Source: Leptonemataceae bacterium
GTDB lineage: Bacteria > Spirochaetota > Leptospiria > Leptospirales > Leptonemataceae
Direction of reading: 5' to 3'
DNA: 64,000 nucleotides
NCBI GenBank assembly: GCA_965227295.1
Contig: OZ245742.1
Coordinates: 4,096,001-4,160,000, forward strand
Every line of letters begins with the position of its first letter. Position 1 is the stretch's first letter. This document shows positions 9,190 to 17,937 of this stretch, piece after piece. Under the pieces are notes generated by a model, which was not told where the DNA came from, ran no database searches, and saw only the letters and a list, made by a program, of their open reading frames with translations. Made by a program: the position numbers and the translations under genes.

Positions 9190-10327
9190 GGACCATCTGG
9201 TCTCGGGCTCCTACGCTTTTTTTCAGGAGCTGCTGCAAGACGAGTTCGCGATTGAGATCATCGTGTACGACTTTCGCCTGCATTTTATCGAGACCCTGGT
9301 GAAGGCGCATCCCGACGCCGTCTACTTCCTGTTTCAGACGGAATTTCTCGCGCCCTGGTTCCTCACCCGGGGCATCAAGACGGTGGTCTTTCCCATGTTC
9401 GACGGCTGCGCCAACGCGCCGCCGGGTTACTTTCGCGTGCTGGATAACGCGTACGTGTTCAACTTTTCGAAGAAGCTGCACGCCCGCTGCACGAAGTCGG
9501 GCATCGTATCGTATCCGCTGACGTACTACCCGCCCGTGAAGACGAAGCCGGTCTCCTGGAAGGCGAAACAGGACCGACTATTCTACTGGCTACGCCGGCC
9601 GCTGGAAAAAATGCCGGAACACCGCATCGTGGAATTCTTCTCGCCGTATGTCGGCGGTTTTCACATTCACGACCGCCCGGACGGCTACAACTTCCTGAGT
9701 TCCACTTCGCGGAGCCCGGACCAATTCACCGCGACTTCGGACTGGTTCGAACAGCGCCAGGAGCTGGACCAAATCGTCGCGAATTCCAGGTTCTATCTCG
9801 CTCCACGACTGAGCGAAGGCATCGGCATGGCTTTTCTCGAGGCCATGTCCATGGGCTGCGTGGTGTTCGCGAACAACAACTCCACCCACGACCAGTACAT
9901 CTACCACGGCCACAACGGTTTCCTCATCGACTTTGAGTCGAAAGACAACGCCCTCATTCGCGCGCAGATTCGCGACGCCTTCGAGATCATTCGATCCGGT
10001 AAGCCCATCGGCGAAAACGCCCGGGAGTTTATGCGGACGGGACGGCCGGTATGGATCCGGCAGGCGGAACACCTGCGGACGATGGCCGTCGCGCTGCATG
10101 CAGCGCCGCCGGCCCGGCCGGGAGACTACACCGTGATCGAGCGCCTGCTCGGACGTTTGCTGGCGCAGGTCTACTATGTCGCTCACGCCTACGGTTACTA
10201 TGTCCTCGCCCTGGTGGCCGAGCGCATTGGAACCTTCGCCCCGTTAAGGAACAAAAGCTGGCTGTTAAAGTTGATTCGCACGGCGCGGAAACCGGTGCGA
10301 GCGGTGCTGGGTGGGAAATGGCAGTGA
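9161..10327 (+). CDS. Glycosyltransferase (GT4-like)
   Basis: APRLSEGIGMAFLEAMSMG (E-x7-E motif), HGHNGFL. Confidence 0.85.
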   Translation: MKRLFIICHKDHLVSGSYAFFQELLQDEFAIEIIVYDFRLHFIETLVKAHPDAVYFLFQTEFLAPWFLTRGIKTVVFPMFDGCANAPPGYFRVLDNAYVFNFSKKLHARCTKSGIVSYPLTYYPPVKTKPVSWKAKQDRLFYWLRRPLEKMPEHRIVEFFSPYVGGFHIHDRPDGYNFLSSTSRSPDQFTATSDWFEQRQELDQIVANSRFYLAPRLSEGIGMAFLEAMSMGCVVFANNNSTHDQYIYHGHNGFLIDFESKDNALIRAQIRDAFEIIRSGKPIGENAREFMRTGRPVWIRQAEHLRTMAVALHAAPPARPGDYTVIERLLGRLLAQVYYVAHAYGYYVLALVAERIGTFAPLRNKSWLLKLIRTARKPVRAVLGGKWQ

Positions 10328-11088
10328 GGCACTTCGCCGAATTAGTCGCTTACACCGTTCTGTTCAACCTGAAAGCGGCGACCAGAAACTACGCCCTGGG
10401 CTACCTGTGGTGGATCATCGAACCGGTCTTGCATCTGCTGATCCTGTTTCTGGTCTTCGGCGTTTTTTTTGGCCAGAGCGCCCAGGAGCACTACATTCCC
10501 TTCTTGCTGTGCGGCCTGGTGCCCTGGATCTGGTTCCACAAATCCGTCTCGGGCGGCATGGGCTCGATTGTCAGCGGCCGTAGCATCATCATGGACGCGG
10601 ACATTCCCAAAGTATTTTTCCCCACCGTGGCGATCCTGCAGGACTTCACGCGGGAGCTGATCGTGCTTGCCTGTCTCATCGTGACGCTGCTCATCGCCGG
10701 CGTTGCGCCACGCTCCGCCTGGCTCTTCCTGCCGGTTGTGATCGCGCTCCAGTTGATCCTGATCGCCTCCGTGGTTTACCTGCTCTCCATCGGCCTGCCC
10801 TATCTCCTGGACCTGGGGCAAATCATGCCGGCGCTGCTGCAGGTGTTGATGTTCGGCTCGGGTACTTTTTACGATTATCGCGATATGCCGGAAGCCTTTC
10901 AGCCACTCTTCCTGCTGAACCCCGTCGCCCTGCTCATCGGAATGTACCGGGATGTGCTGATCCACGGCACGCCCATCAATTTACAGGACTGCGCTTATAT
11001 CCTGGGGATCGCCGGCGTACTCGGGCTCATGAATCTCGCGCTGTATCGGACACTGGATAAAGACGTGCCCAGAATTTTGTTTCGTTAA
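10318..11088 (+). CDS. wzm: ABC-2 polysaccharide export permease
   Basis: LGYLWWIIEP, PFLLCGLVPW.WF, LNPV; about six TM segments. Confidence 0.9.
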   Translation: MAVRHFAELVAYTVLFNLKAATRNYALGYLWWIIEPVLHLLILFLVFGVFFGQSAQEHYIPFLLCGLVPWIWFHKSVSGGMGSIVSGRSIIMDADIPKVFFPTVAILQDFTRELIVLACLIVTLLIAGVAPRSAWLFLPVVIALQLILIASVVYLLSIGLPYLLDLGQIMPALLQVLMFGSGTFYDYRDMPEAFQPLFLLNPVALLIGMYRDVLIHGTPINLQDCAYILGIAGVLGLMNLALYRTLDKDVPRILFR

Positions 11089-11090
11089 CT

Positions 11091-11801
11091 ATGCACCCCT
11101 TACTGGAATTGGAAAACGTTTCTTTCTCGTATAGAACGGGCCACTCGATCTTCTCGAAATGGAAGACACGCAAACGAGTCTTACAGGATCTTTCCTTCGA
11201 CATTCTGCGGGGCGAAACGCTGGGAATCCTGGGGCGAAACGGTGCCGGCAAGAGTACCCTCTTGCGGTTGTTGTCCGGGATCGTGGTCCCGGACAGTGGA
11301 AACATCATCAAAAATTGCCGGAAGGTCAGCCTGCTGTCCATCGAGCTGGGATTCTCCGGGCAGCTCACCGGTATCGAGAACATTTTTCTGAGCGGCCTGT
11401 ATAACTCGTTCTCCAAACGCGAGATCAGCGCACTGATGCCCGAGATCATCGCCTTCGCGGACATCGGCAACGCCATCCACGATCCGCTGATCACATACTC
11501 TTCCGGGATGCGCGCCCGGCTCGGTTTTTCCATCGCGTATTTTCTGAAGCCGGACCTGCTCTTGATCGACGAGATCCTCGGCGTCGGGGACATTGATTTC
11601 CAGGTAAAATCGGAACGACTCATGAAAGCGAAGATTCAGTCCGATCAAACCGTGGTCCTGGTCACGCATGATCCGAACCTGGTTCGGAGCGTGTGTACGC
11701 GCGCACTCTGGATCGAAAACGGCCGGCTTCAATCCGTCGGTCCCACCGGGCAGGTGGTCGATGAATACCTGGCTCATATGCTCCCGGAAGAGAGTCGCTG
11801 A
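11091..11801 (+). CDS. wzt: Polysaccharide ABC exporter ATPase without a C-terminal carbohydrate-binding domain
   Basis: GRNGAGKST, YSSGMRARLGF, LLLIDE.LGVGD; 236 aa. Confidence 0.93.
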   Translation: MHPLLELENVSFSYRTGHSIFSKWKTRKRVLQDLSFDILRGETLGILGRNGAGKSTLLRLLSGIVVPDSGNIIKNCRKVSLLSIELGFSGQLTGIENIFLSGLYNSFSKREISALMPEIIAFADIGNAIHDPLITYSSGMRARLGFSIAYFLKPDLLLIDEILGVGDIDFQVKSERLMKAKIQSDQTVVLVTHDPNLVRSVCTRALWIENGRLQSVGPTGQVVDEYLAHMLPEESR

Positions 11802-11802
11802 C

Positions 11803-13101
11803 ATGTACGGTTCGATGAAACACATCCTCGCCCGGGCCATCCAGGTTTTCCGGCGGCTCCGGGCGCGGATCACCGGCCGGACTTCCGGGGACAATCATGC
11901 AACGATACACTTTCGATTTCGCGATCGAACCTTTACACTCAACGCCGGCACGCCCGCCCTGAACGTAATCGATACCATCGCTCCGGACGGTTCGTATGAG
12001 CCCTGGGTGTTGAAGTATCTGGAAATTACCTCGGACTATTTCGGTCCCGACAAAGACGCGGTGGATATTGGAGCGAACATCGGCATCGTTTCGCTCGCTC
12101 TGGCCGGCTTGCAGCATCAGGGCAACGTCGTCGCCATTGAGCCGGTATCGTTCTTGTTTGCTTGTCTGCAATCCAACCTGGAACAGAACCAGGTCCCGAA
12201 CGTCACAGCCCGCCGGGCGATCATAGATGACCGGGATGGGATGGTACGCGAAATCCAGGTCCCCGCGGGAGCGCCCGGGGGAGCCACCGTCGCGGGCAGC
12301 CCGGATAGAACACGCATCATCGCGCATTCCGAAACGGTACCCACCGCAAAGCTGGACACGTATCTACGGGAACAACATCCCGGACTACATGTTAAGATCT
12401 TGAAAATCGACGTGGAGAACTGGGAACTCCCGGTACTGAACGGAGCGGCGGAAACCATCCGGAGCGATGATCCTGTTACCCTGATTGAATTCAACGTACA
12501 ACATCGTTCTCTCGAGGTGGAGCGCGGCGGCTTTGACCTGTATCAGCGCCTGTCGTCCCTGTTTAAGCACCTGTTTTTGATCGACCGACTGCATCATGAT
12601 CTGATACCGATCCGGTCCTACGCGGAACTGCGCGGAGCCATGCTCACCGGACACTTTGTCGAAGACCTGCTCTGCTTCAACGACGCGAACTTTCTGGAGC
12701 ACCTTCGCCCTCATGTTTCGGCCCCCCGCTTCCCGACCTACTTCGCGGGAAAGCTCACGCTGAGCCGGAGCGGCCGGGAAAGCATCGTCAGTCTTTCACA
12801 CTATCCCGACAACTGGTGTCACGGGCACGATTTTTTTCTCCATGCCCGGGTTCCCGTTCACATCACGCTGACCAACGCGGGCCCGCACGAGAAGGTTCGC
12901 TTGCGGATCGCCGACGGCAATGCAGTCAGCGAATTCACGCTGGCGCGCCAGCCGGTGGAGCGCGTCTACGGCGTAAACGATGACGGCACTTTCATTCACG
13001 TCTTCGTGGAGCAAATCTTCAGCGCGGCCGGGTACTTTCAAAACGAAGACCCCCGCGAACCTGGCATACAGATTTCCGTACGGGAAGGCTCTTCAGAGTG
13101 A
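11803..13101 (+). CDS. FkbM-family methyltransferase with C-terminal extension
   Basis: VDIGANIG, VAIEP, LKIDVE.WE..VL.GA. The start could be 11803 or 11815. Confidence 0.85.
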   Translation: MYGSMKHILARAIQVFRRLRARITGRTSGDNHATIHFRFRDRTFTLNAGTPALNVIDTIAPDGSYEPWVLKYLEITSDYFGPDKDAVDIGANIGIVSLALAGLQHQGNVVAIEPVSFLFACLQSNLEQNQVPNVTARRAIIDDRDGMVREIQVPAGAPGGATVAGSPDRTRIIAHSETVPTAKLDTYLREQHPGLHVKILKIDVENWELPVLNGAAETIRSDDPVTLIEFNVQHRSLEVERGGFDLYQRLSSLFKHLFLIDRLHHDLIPIRSYAELRGAMLTGHFVEDLLCFNDANFLEHLRPHVSAPRFPTYFAGKLTLSRSGRESIVSLSHYPDNWCHGHDFFLHARVPVHITLTNAGPHEKVRLRIADGNAVSEFTLARQPVERVYGVNDDGTFIHVFVEQIFSAAGYFQNEDPREPGIQISVREGSSE

Positions 13102-14609
13102 GCGAGAACTTCGTAAACCGAACGTTACCCGTGTCGAGAATCATCGACCGGTTTCACAGGTACCCCGTAAAGGTCCTGTGGCACGAAACGTTTTGGGCCG
13201 AGGCGGATTCTATTTTCGCGGCGTTCTATTCGTTCTGCAAGGTCGGCGAGAAGTACGTCTCTTTGCACGGGGAAATGAAAATCGAAACGTTTCACCAGCG
13301 ACGCAAAGCCGGCGCGAAAATCGCGGAGCTGTACAAAACCGAATACGAACTTACAGACAACGGACTGGTGCCCACGGGCCGGCGTCGCATCGGTCTGGGC
13401 GCGGACCCCCGGATGGTCAGCGACGGCGAAAACTGTTATGCCTACGTCATCGGCTACGGAGAGGCCGGCCATCCGGCCTTTCTCTACGTCGAAAAGGACG
13501 ACTCCCTGCGCCCGCTCCAGGCCCCGGACGATTTTTTCTGGGGCAAGAACTGGCAGCCGTATCTGGAAGACGGCCGGCTGTTTATCGTTCACGAGCTGAC
13601 TCCGTATCGAATCTATGAAGTCGACCTGGCAACCTGCGTTCTGGAGGAAGTGCACCAGGGACGAACGGACCCGGGACTTTCGGCCCATCATACGCACTAC
13701 TCGATGTTACGCGGCGGCGCCAACGCCATCGCCGAAAATGATTACGTCTACGGGATCGGCCGGGCGTCGACACAACCCTACAAACACTTTCCGTTTCTCT
13801 GGTCGAGTTACCGGCGGGAAGCCCCCGTCGTCCAGTTCATCGATATCTTTTGCGGTCTTGTCGAGAAAGGCTTCAGCATTCTCGATCCCACCTCTATGTG
13901 GAAGGACGGCGCGGGCCTGGCCTTTGGACTGGCCTGCTCCGAAACGTGTTGGTTTTTCGAGCAACGTTTCCTGAACCTGCTGCTGTTCATCGACGCGGAA
14001 GGCAAGTATCCGAATTTGCCGACGCTGGATGATTTTTTGACAGACTTCGAGGATCACTACACCAACGGCACGCCGCGCCTGGAAAGACACATCTTTCACT
14101 GCGATCAAATGCAGCACGACGTCGCCCATACGTTCGAATACGGTGTCCGGTCCAGCGGCATGCCCGGCGCCCTGGTCTACGGGCCGTACATTCGCCCGGC
14201 CAGAGCGATGTTCCTCGCCGTCGAGTTGACCTATCTGACCATGCACCCGGCCGGAGGCTGCCCCGGGGTCTTTGATATCATGCTATCGCGAGAGGATGAT
14301 ACCGGCGAGGTCGAGTTCGTCCGGGCCGCAGAGTGCCGCCTGGAAAACACGGATCGTGAGATCGCGTCCGCGATGCTCTACCTCGACACCGGCAAATACA
14401 TCGGATGGAAAATAGAATTTCGAGTCATCGTGAACGAAGGTATCGAGCTCAACGCCTTTCATGTTCGAACACAAGAAATCCCGGGCCCGATCCCTGCGCC
14501 GGCACAGACGCCGCAAAAACAAACAGACGACGCCGGTCACTCGCGCTCTTTCACGGAGACGATGTTTCACAAGGCGATGAGCTTGCTCCACTTTTTGCGG
14601 CCGCGATGA
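13098..14609 (+). CDS. Hypothetical glyco-enzyme, paralog of 6696..7976
   Basis: ADPR, GKNWQPY, LRGGANAI, SILDPTS; the C-terminal domain begins GALVYGPYI. Confidence 0.6.
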   Translation: MSENFVNRTLPVSRIIDRFHRYPVKVLWHETFWAEADSIFAAFYSFCKVGEKYVSLHGEMKIETFHQRRKAGAKIAELYKTEYELTDNGLVPTGRRRIGLGADPRMVSDGENCYAYVIGYGEAGHPAFLYVEKDDSLRPLQAPDDFFWGKNWQPYLEDGRLFIVHELTPYRIYEVDLATCVLEEVHQGRTDPGLSAHHTHYSMLRGGANAIAENDYVYGIGRASTQPYKHFPFLWSSYRREAPVVQFIDIFCGLVEKGFSILDPTSMWKDGAGLAFGLACSETCWFFEQRFLNLLLFIDAEGKYPNLPTLDDFLTDFEDHYTNGTPRLERHIFHCDQMQHDVAHTFEYGVRSSGMPGALVYGPYIRPARAMFLAVELTYLTMHPAGGCPGVFDIMLSREDDTGEVEFVRAAECRLENTDREIASAMLYLDTGKYIGWKIEFRVIVNEGIELNAFHVRTQEIPGPIPAPAQTPQKQTDDAGHSRSFTETMFHKAMSLLHFLRPR

Positions 14610-14635
14610 TGGAACACGGAGCTGAGAGGTCGATG

Positions 14636-15340
14636 TTAACAACATCCACTGCCCGGCCCCCCGCTCTCTTCCTCCTGCGCGCAACGAATGCGTTCGTAGG
14701 CCAATGCGCCCAGGCAGGTACCTGCAACGGGAACAATCATATACAACCACAGCATATCCAGCTCGCCGCTCAACAACGCCGGCCCGAGAGAGCGCGCTGG
14801 ATTCATGGACGCGCCGGTGAGCGGGCCGCCGACGAACGCACAGACCGTCACCGTGGTACCAATGGCAATGCCCGCGAGTTCGCCGACGGCGCGGGCATCC
14901 GTCGCCACGCTGATGATCACAAACATCAGCGCGAAGCTGAGCAAAAGTTCGAGAAAGATGCCGGGGCCGATGCCGGTGTTCAGCGCGGTTGCGCCGAAAG
15001 AATGTCCGATCCCCCAGACAAAACGATGCGCCAGGGAGGCCAGCACGGCGCCGAGACATTGCGAAAAAATGTAGCCCGGGATCCGCGAGACATCCAGGCG
15101 ACCGCTCATCCAGAACGCGATGGTGACCGCGGGATTAAAATGCGCGCCGGAGATGTGACCGACGGCGTAGATCATGATCGCCACCGTCGCGCCGAAGACC
15201 ACCGGGATCGCCGGGCCCGGTTCCGTCATTCCGGTCTCGGCCAGGATGACGGAACCGCAGCCGAAGAACACGAGAAAGAAGGTTCCGATCAACTCGGCGT
15301 AGTAATGCGGAAGCGTGAGATGCGAACGCAGCCAGGCCAT
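14636..15340 (-). CDS. MIP-family aquaporin/aquaglyceroporin
   Basis: SGAHFNPAVT and GASMNPARS (two NPA boxes); ends in ...SGCC. Confidence 0.95.
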   Translation of the reverse strand: MAWLRSHLTLPHYYAELIGTFFLVFFGCGSVILAETGMTEPGPAIPVVFGATVAIMIYAVGHISGAHFNPAVTIAFWMSGRLDVSRIPGYIFSQCLGAVLASLAHRFVWGIGHSFGATALNTGIGPGIFLELLLSFALMFVIISVATDARAVGELAGIAIGTTVTVCAFVGGPLTGASMNPARSLGPALLSGELDMLWLYMIVPVAGTCLGALAYERIRCAQEEESGGPGSGCC

Positions 15341-15387
15341 GCGTTCATCGTTTAATTGCGATGAATGCCGTCAAGGACTCCGCAACC

Positions 15388-16692
15388 CTACAGCATCGCA
15401 CTCAGCCGGCGTAGATAGCGAATGTACTCGAAGTGCCGGACCGCCGCCTTGTGTCGTTCGTTGCGCATGTATTTCACGCCGCCGGACAGTTCGGGTCGGT
15501 GGCCGTTCTTGAGCGCGATCAATTTGCGCGCCCCGCGTTTTCCTTTGCGCTGCGCCTGGATGAAACGGGCGATTACTTCGGATTGATAGTACGCCGGCAC
15601 GTTGAAGCTCCCGTCATTTACATAGAGGCCGACCATGAACAGGTTCTCGAAGTCCGGCGCAAAAAAATGTGCGAACAGGTCCGGGTAGGTTTTGTTCCAG
15701 TTCAAGTGCTCTTTGTCGATGAACGGATACGTATAGCGATACCCGGTCGCGTAGATGACCGTATCCGCCTCGATGCTGGTTCCGTCGCTGAAGTGCACGG
15801 TACGATCCTCGAAACGTTCAATGTCCGGACGCACGTCGATTCGGCCGTGGCTCAGATAATAAAACATCAGTGAGTTGATGACCGGATGCGATTCGTAGAG
15901 TTTATGATCCGGCGCCGGCATGCCGACCCGCGTCATATCACCGTAGAGTCTGCGCAGCATCCACGGTTCCACGCGCTGGCGGATCCATACCGGCGTGCGC
16001 AGTTTCGCGAACAGGTGGCCGATGGCGTCCGCCGGAAGACCGAAGATGTGCTTGGGAACGAAGTAGTAGCCGCGGCGAACACTCAGGCTGGTCGAGCGCG
16101 CGTGTAACGCCGCTTCCACGGCGATGTCGCAGCCGGAGTTACCCGCGCCCACAATCACCACGCGTTTGTCCTTGATCTGCGCGGGTTTCTTGTAATGGAG
16201 CGAGTGAAAGAGTTCTCCCGTAAAGGTACCTTCGTAACGCGGCATCTTCGGATTCCAGTTGTGTCCCGTGGCAATGACCACGCCGCCGTACAGACGCGTC
16301 TCCCCGCCGTCCAGATGAACCCGAAAACAATCACCCTCCGGTTCGACGTTTTCCACCGTGCGGTTAAACTCGATCTTTTGTCCGACACCGAGGTGACGCG
16401 CATACGAACGCAGGTATTTCAAAACGAGCGTATGATGCGGGTAATCCGGATAGTCTTCGGGCATCGGGAAGTCCGGAAAACCGGACAGCCGGCTCGATGA
16501 AATGAAGTGCGTCGATTCGTAGATCGGATTCGCGGGATTGCCGTAGTCCCAGAGCCCGCCGGTATCCGCCGATCGTTCCAGGCAATCGAAGGCGATGTCG
16601 TACTTCAAAAAATTGGCGCACGCGGCCAATCCGGCGGCGCCGGCTCCGATGATGCAGTAACGTTCCGATCGATCAATCATTGTTTCATTCAT
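15388..16692 (-). CDS. Flavin-containing monooxygenase (class B FMO)
   Basis: GAGAAG, ATGH, FTGELFHSLHYK (FxGxxxHxxxY), GAGNSG, ATGY. The start at 16692 overlaps the MFS stop (ATGA). Confidence 0.92.
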   Translation of the reverse strand: MNETMIDRSERYCIIGAGAAGLAACANFLKYDIAFDCLERSADTGGLWDYGNPANPIYESTHFISSSRLSGFPDFPMPEDYPDYPHHTLVLKYLRSYARHLGVGQKIEFNRTVENVEPEGDCFRVHLDGGETRLYGGVVIATGHNWNPKMPRYEGTFTGELFHSLHYKKPAQIKDKRVVIVGAGNSGCDIAVEAALHARSTSLSVRRGYYFVPKHIFGLPADAIGHLFAKLRTPVWIRQRVEPWMLRRLYGDMTRVGMPAPDHKLYESHPVINSLMFYYLSHGRIDVRPDIERFEDRTVHFSDGTSIEADTVIYATGYRYTYPFIDKEHLNWNKTYPDLFAHFFAPDFENLFMVGLYVNDGSFNVPAYYQSEVIARFIQAQRKGKRGARKLIALKNGHRPELSGGVKYMRNERHKAAVRHFEYIRYLRRLSAML

Positions 16693-17930
16693 ATAATTTC
16701 TCCTGTAGGTTTTTCCGCCGATACGAACATCATCAGCAGGCCGGCCGTGCCGAAGCCGCCGAGGCCGAAGAACAACGCGGCGTACATCGGATGGCTTCCG
16801 AAGAGTTCGTAACCGATCAAAGGAAACAACGCGCCGCCGGCGTAGGAACAGGCGGTGGCCAGGCCGAGGGCCGCCCCGGAACGGCGCGGGTCTCCGAGAA
16901 TTTCGTGATTCATAAACAGCGCGAAGTAGATGCCGATGGCTCCCGTGGTAAATCCCTGGAGGCCGAGAAAGATCCACAGCGCAAAGGCGCCCGGGGTTTG
17001 CGCCGTCCACCAGGTGGCGAGTAACATCAACCCGCTGAGCCCCGTGGAAACGAGAAAGATCACCCGGCGATAACCGAGCGCATCGCTTAAGTACGGAACC
17101 AACACACAACCGGACACGAAGGCGAGCGTCGCCACGGCCGGGGCCGAACCCGCCGCTTCCGCGGACCAGCCGCTTCGTTCGAGGTAGTACGGCAGCAGTC
17201 CGGAAATACCGAGATACGCCCCGGTAAACAGAAAGTAGATCGCGCACAGCGTGTAGGTATCCCGACACGCGAGCAACTCCCTGGCGCTGTGGCGCAGCGC
17301 TTCGCCGACGGTGTTCTCTGCCTGTGCCGGCGGCCGGGTATCGTGGACGCTGTAGAGCCAGGCGAACGAAATCACCGCGGCCGCCCCGGCGAAGACGAGT
17401 AACGTAACATGCCAGCCGCCGAACCAGGCGGAGAGCGGAGCGGCCAGAACCGTCGCCAGTGCCGCACCGAATCCGTAACTGGCGAACAGAATGCCCTGGG
17501 CCAGCGCGCTGTGTTCGTCGGGAAAGTACGCCGCGACGAGTTTCGGAAGATTCACATAGGCCACCGCGGATGCGAAACCGTAGAGCGCCATGAAAGCGGC
17601 AAACAACGGATACTCATCGGACACGCCCCGGAGTCCGGCAAAGAGGGCGGCGGCAAACAACGCCGCCGCCCCCGCATACTTGAGGCCGAAGCGATCCGTC
17701 AAAGAACCGCCCAGGATGGAACCGGGAATGGACGCCAGGGGAATCCAGGCCCAGGCCTGATTGAGTTCGCGCATGGACATGTGCGTCTTCTGCGTCATTT
17801 CGTAAAAGAGCGCCGGCATGCACATGTAGAGCATGCCCAGGGAAACCAGGTGCGCGAGGGACGCGATGCTCAGCATGCTCCAGCGCTCCGATGCGTATCG
17901 AAACGGAGTGATGATTGCGGAAGTGGACAT
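16689..17930 (-). CDS. MFS transporter
   Basis: About 12 hydrophobic segments; motif A GSLTDRFGLK and LSDALGYRR. Confidence 0.92.
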   Translation of the reverse strand: MSTSAIITPFRYASERWSMLSIASLAHLVSLGMLYMCMPALFYEMTQKTHMSMRELNQAWAWIPLASIPGSILGGSLTDRFGLKYAGAAALFAAALFAGLRGVSDEYPLFAAFMALYGFASAVAYVNLPKLVAAYFPDEHSALAQGILFASYGFGAALATVLAAPLSAWFGGWHVTLLVFAGAAAVISFAWLYSVHDTRPPAQAENTVGEALRHSARELLACRDTYTLCAIYFLFTGAYLGISGLLPYYLERSGWSAEAAGSAPAVATLAFVSGCVLVPYLSDALGYRRVIFLVSTGLSGLMLLATWWTAQTPGAFALWIFLGLQGFTTGAIGIYFALFMNHEILGDPRRSGAALGLATACSYAGGALFPLIGYELFGSHPMYAALFFGLGGFGTAGLLMMFVSAEKPTGEII

Positions 17931-17937
17931 CTCTCAA

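Noticed and set aside
16693..17268. Apparent 626-aa FMO with a long N-terminal extension
   Set aside because: The extension is an alternative frame of the MFS gene. The FMO start at 16692 overlaps the MFS stop.
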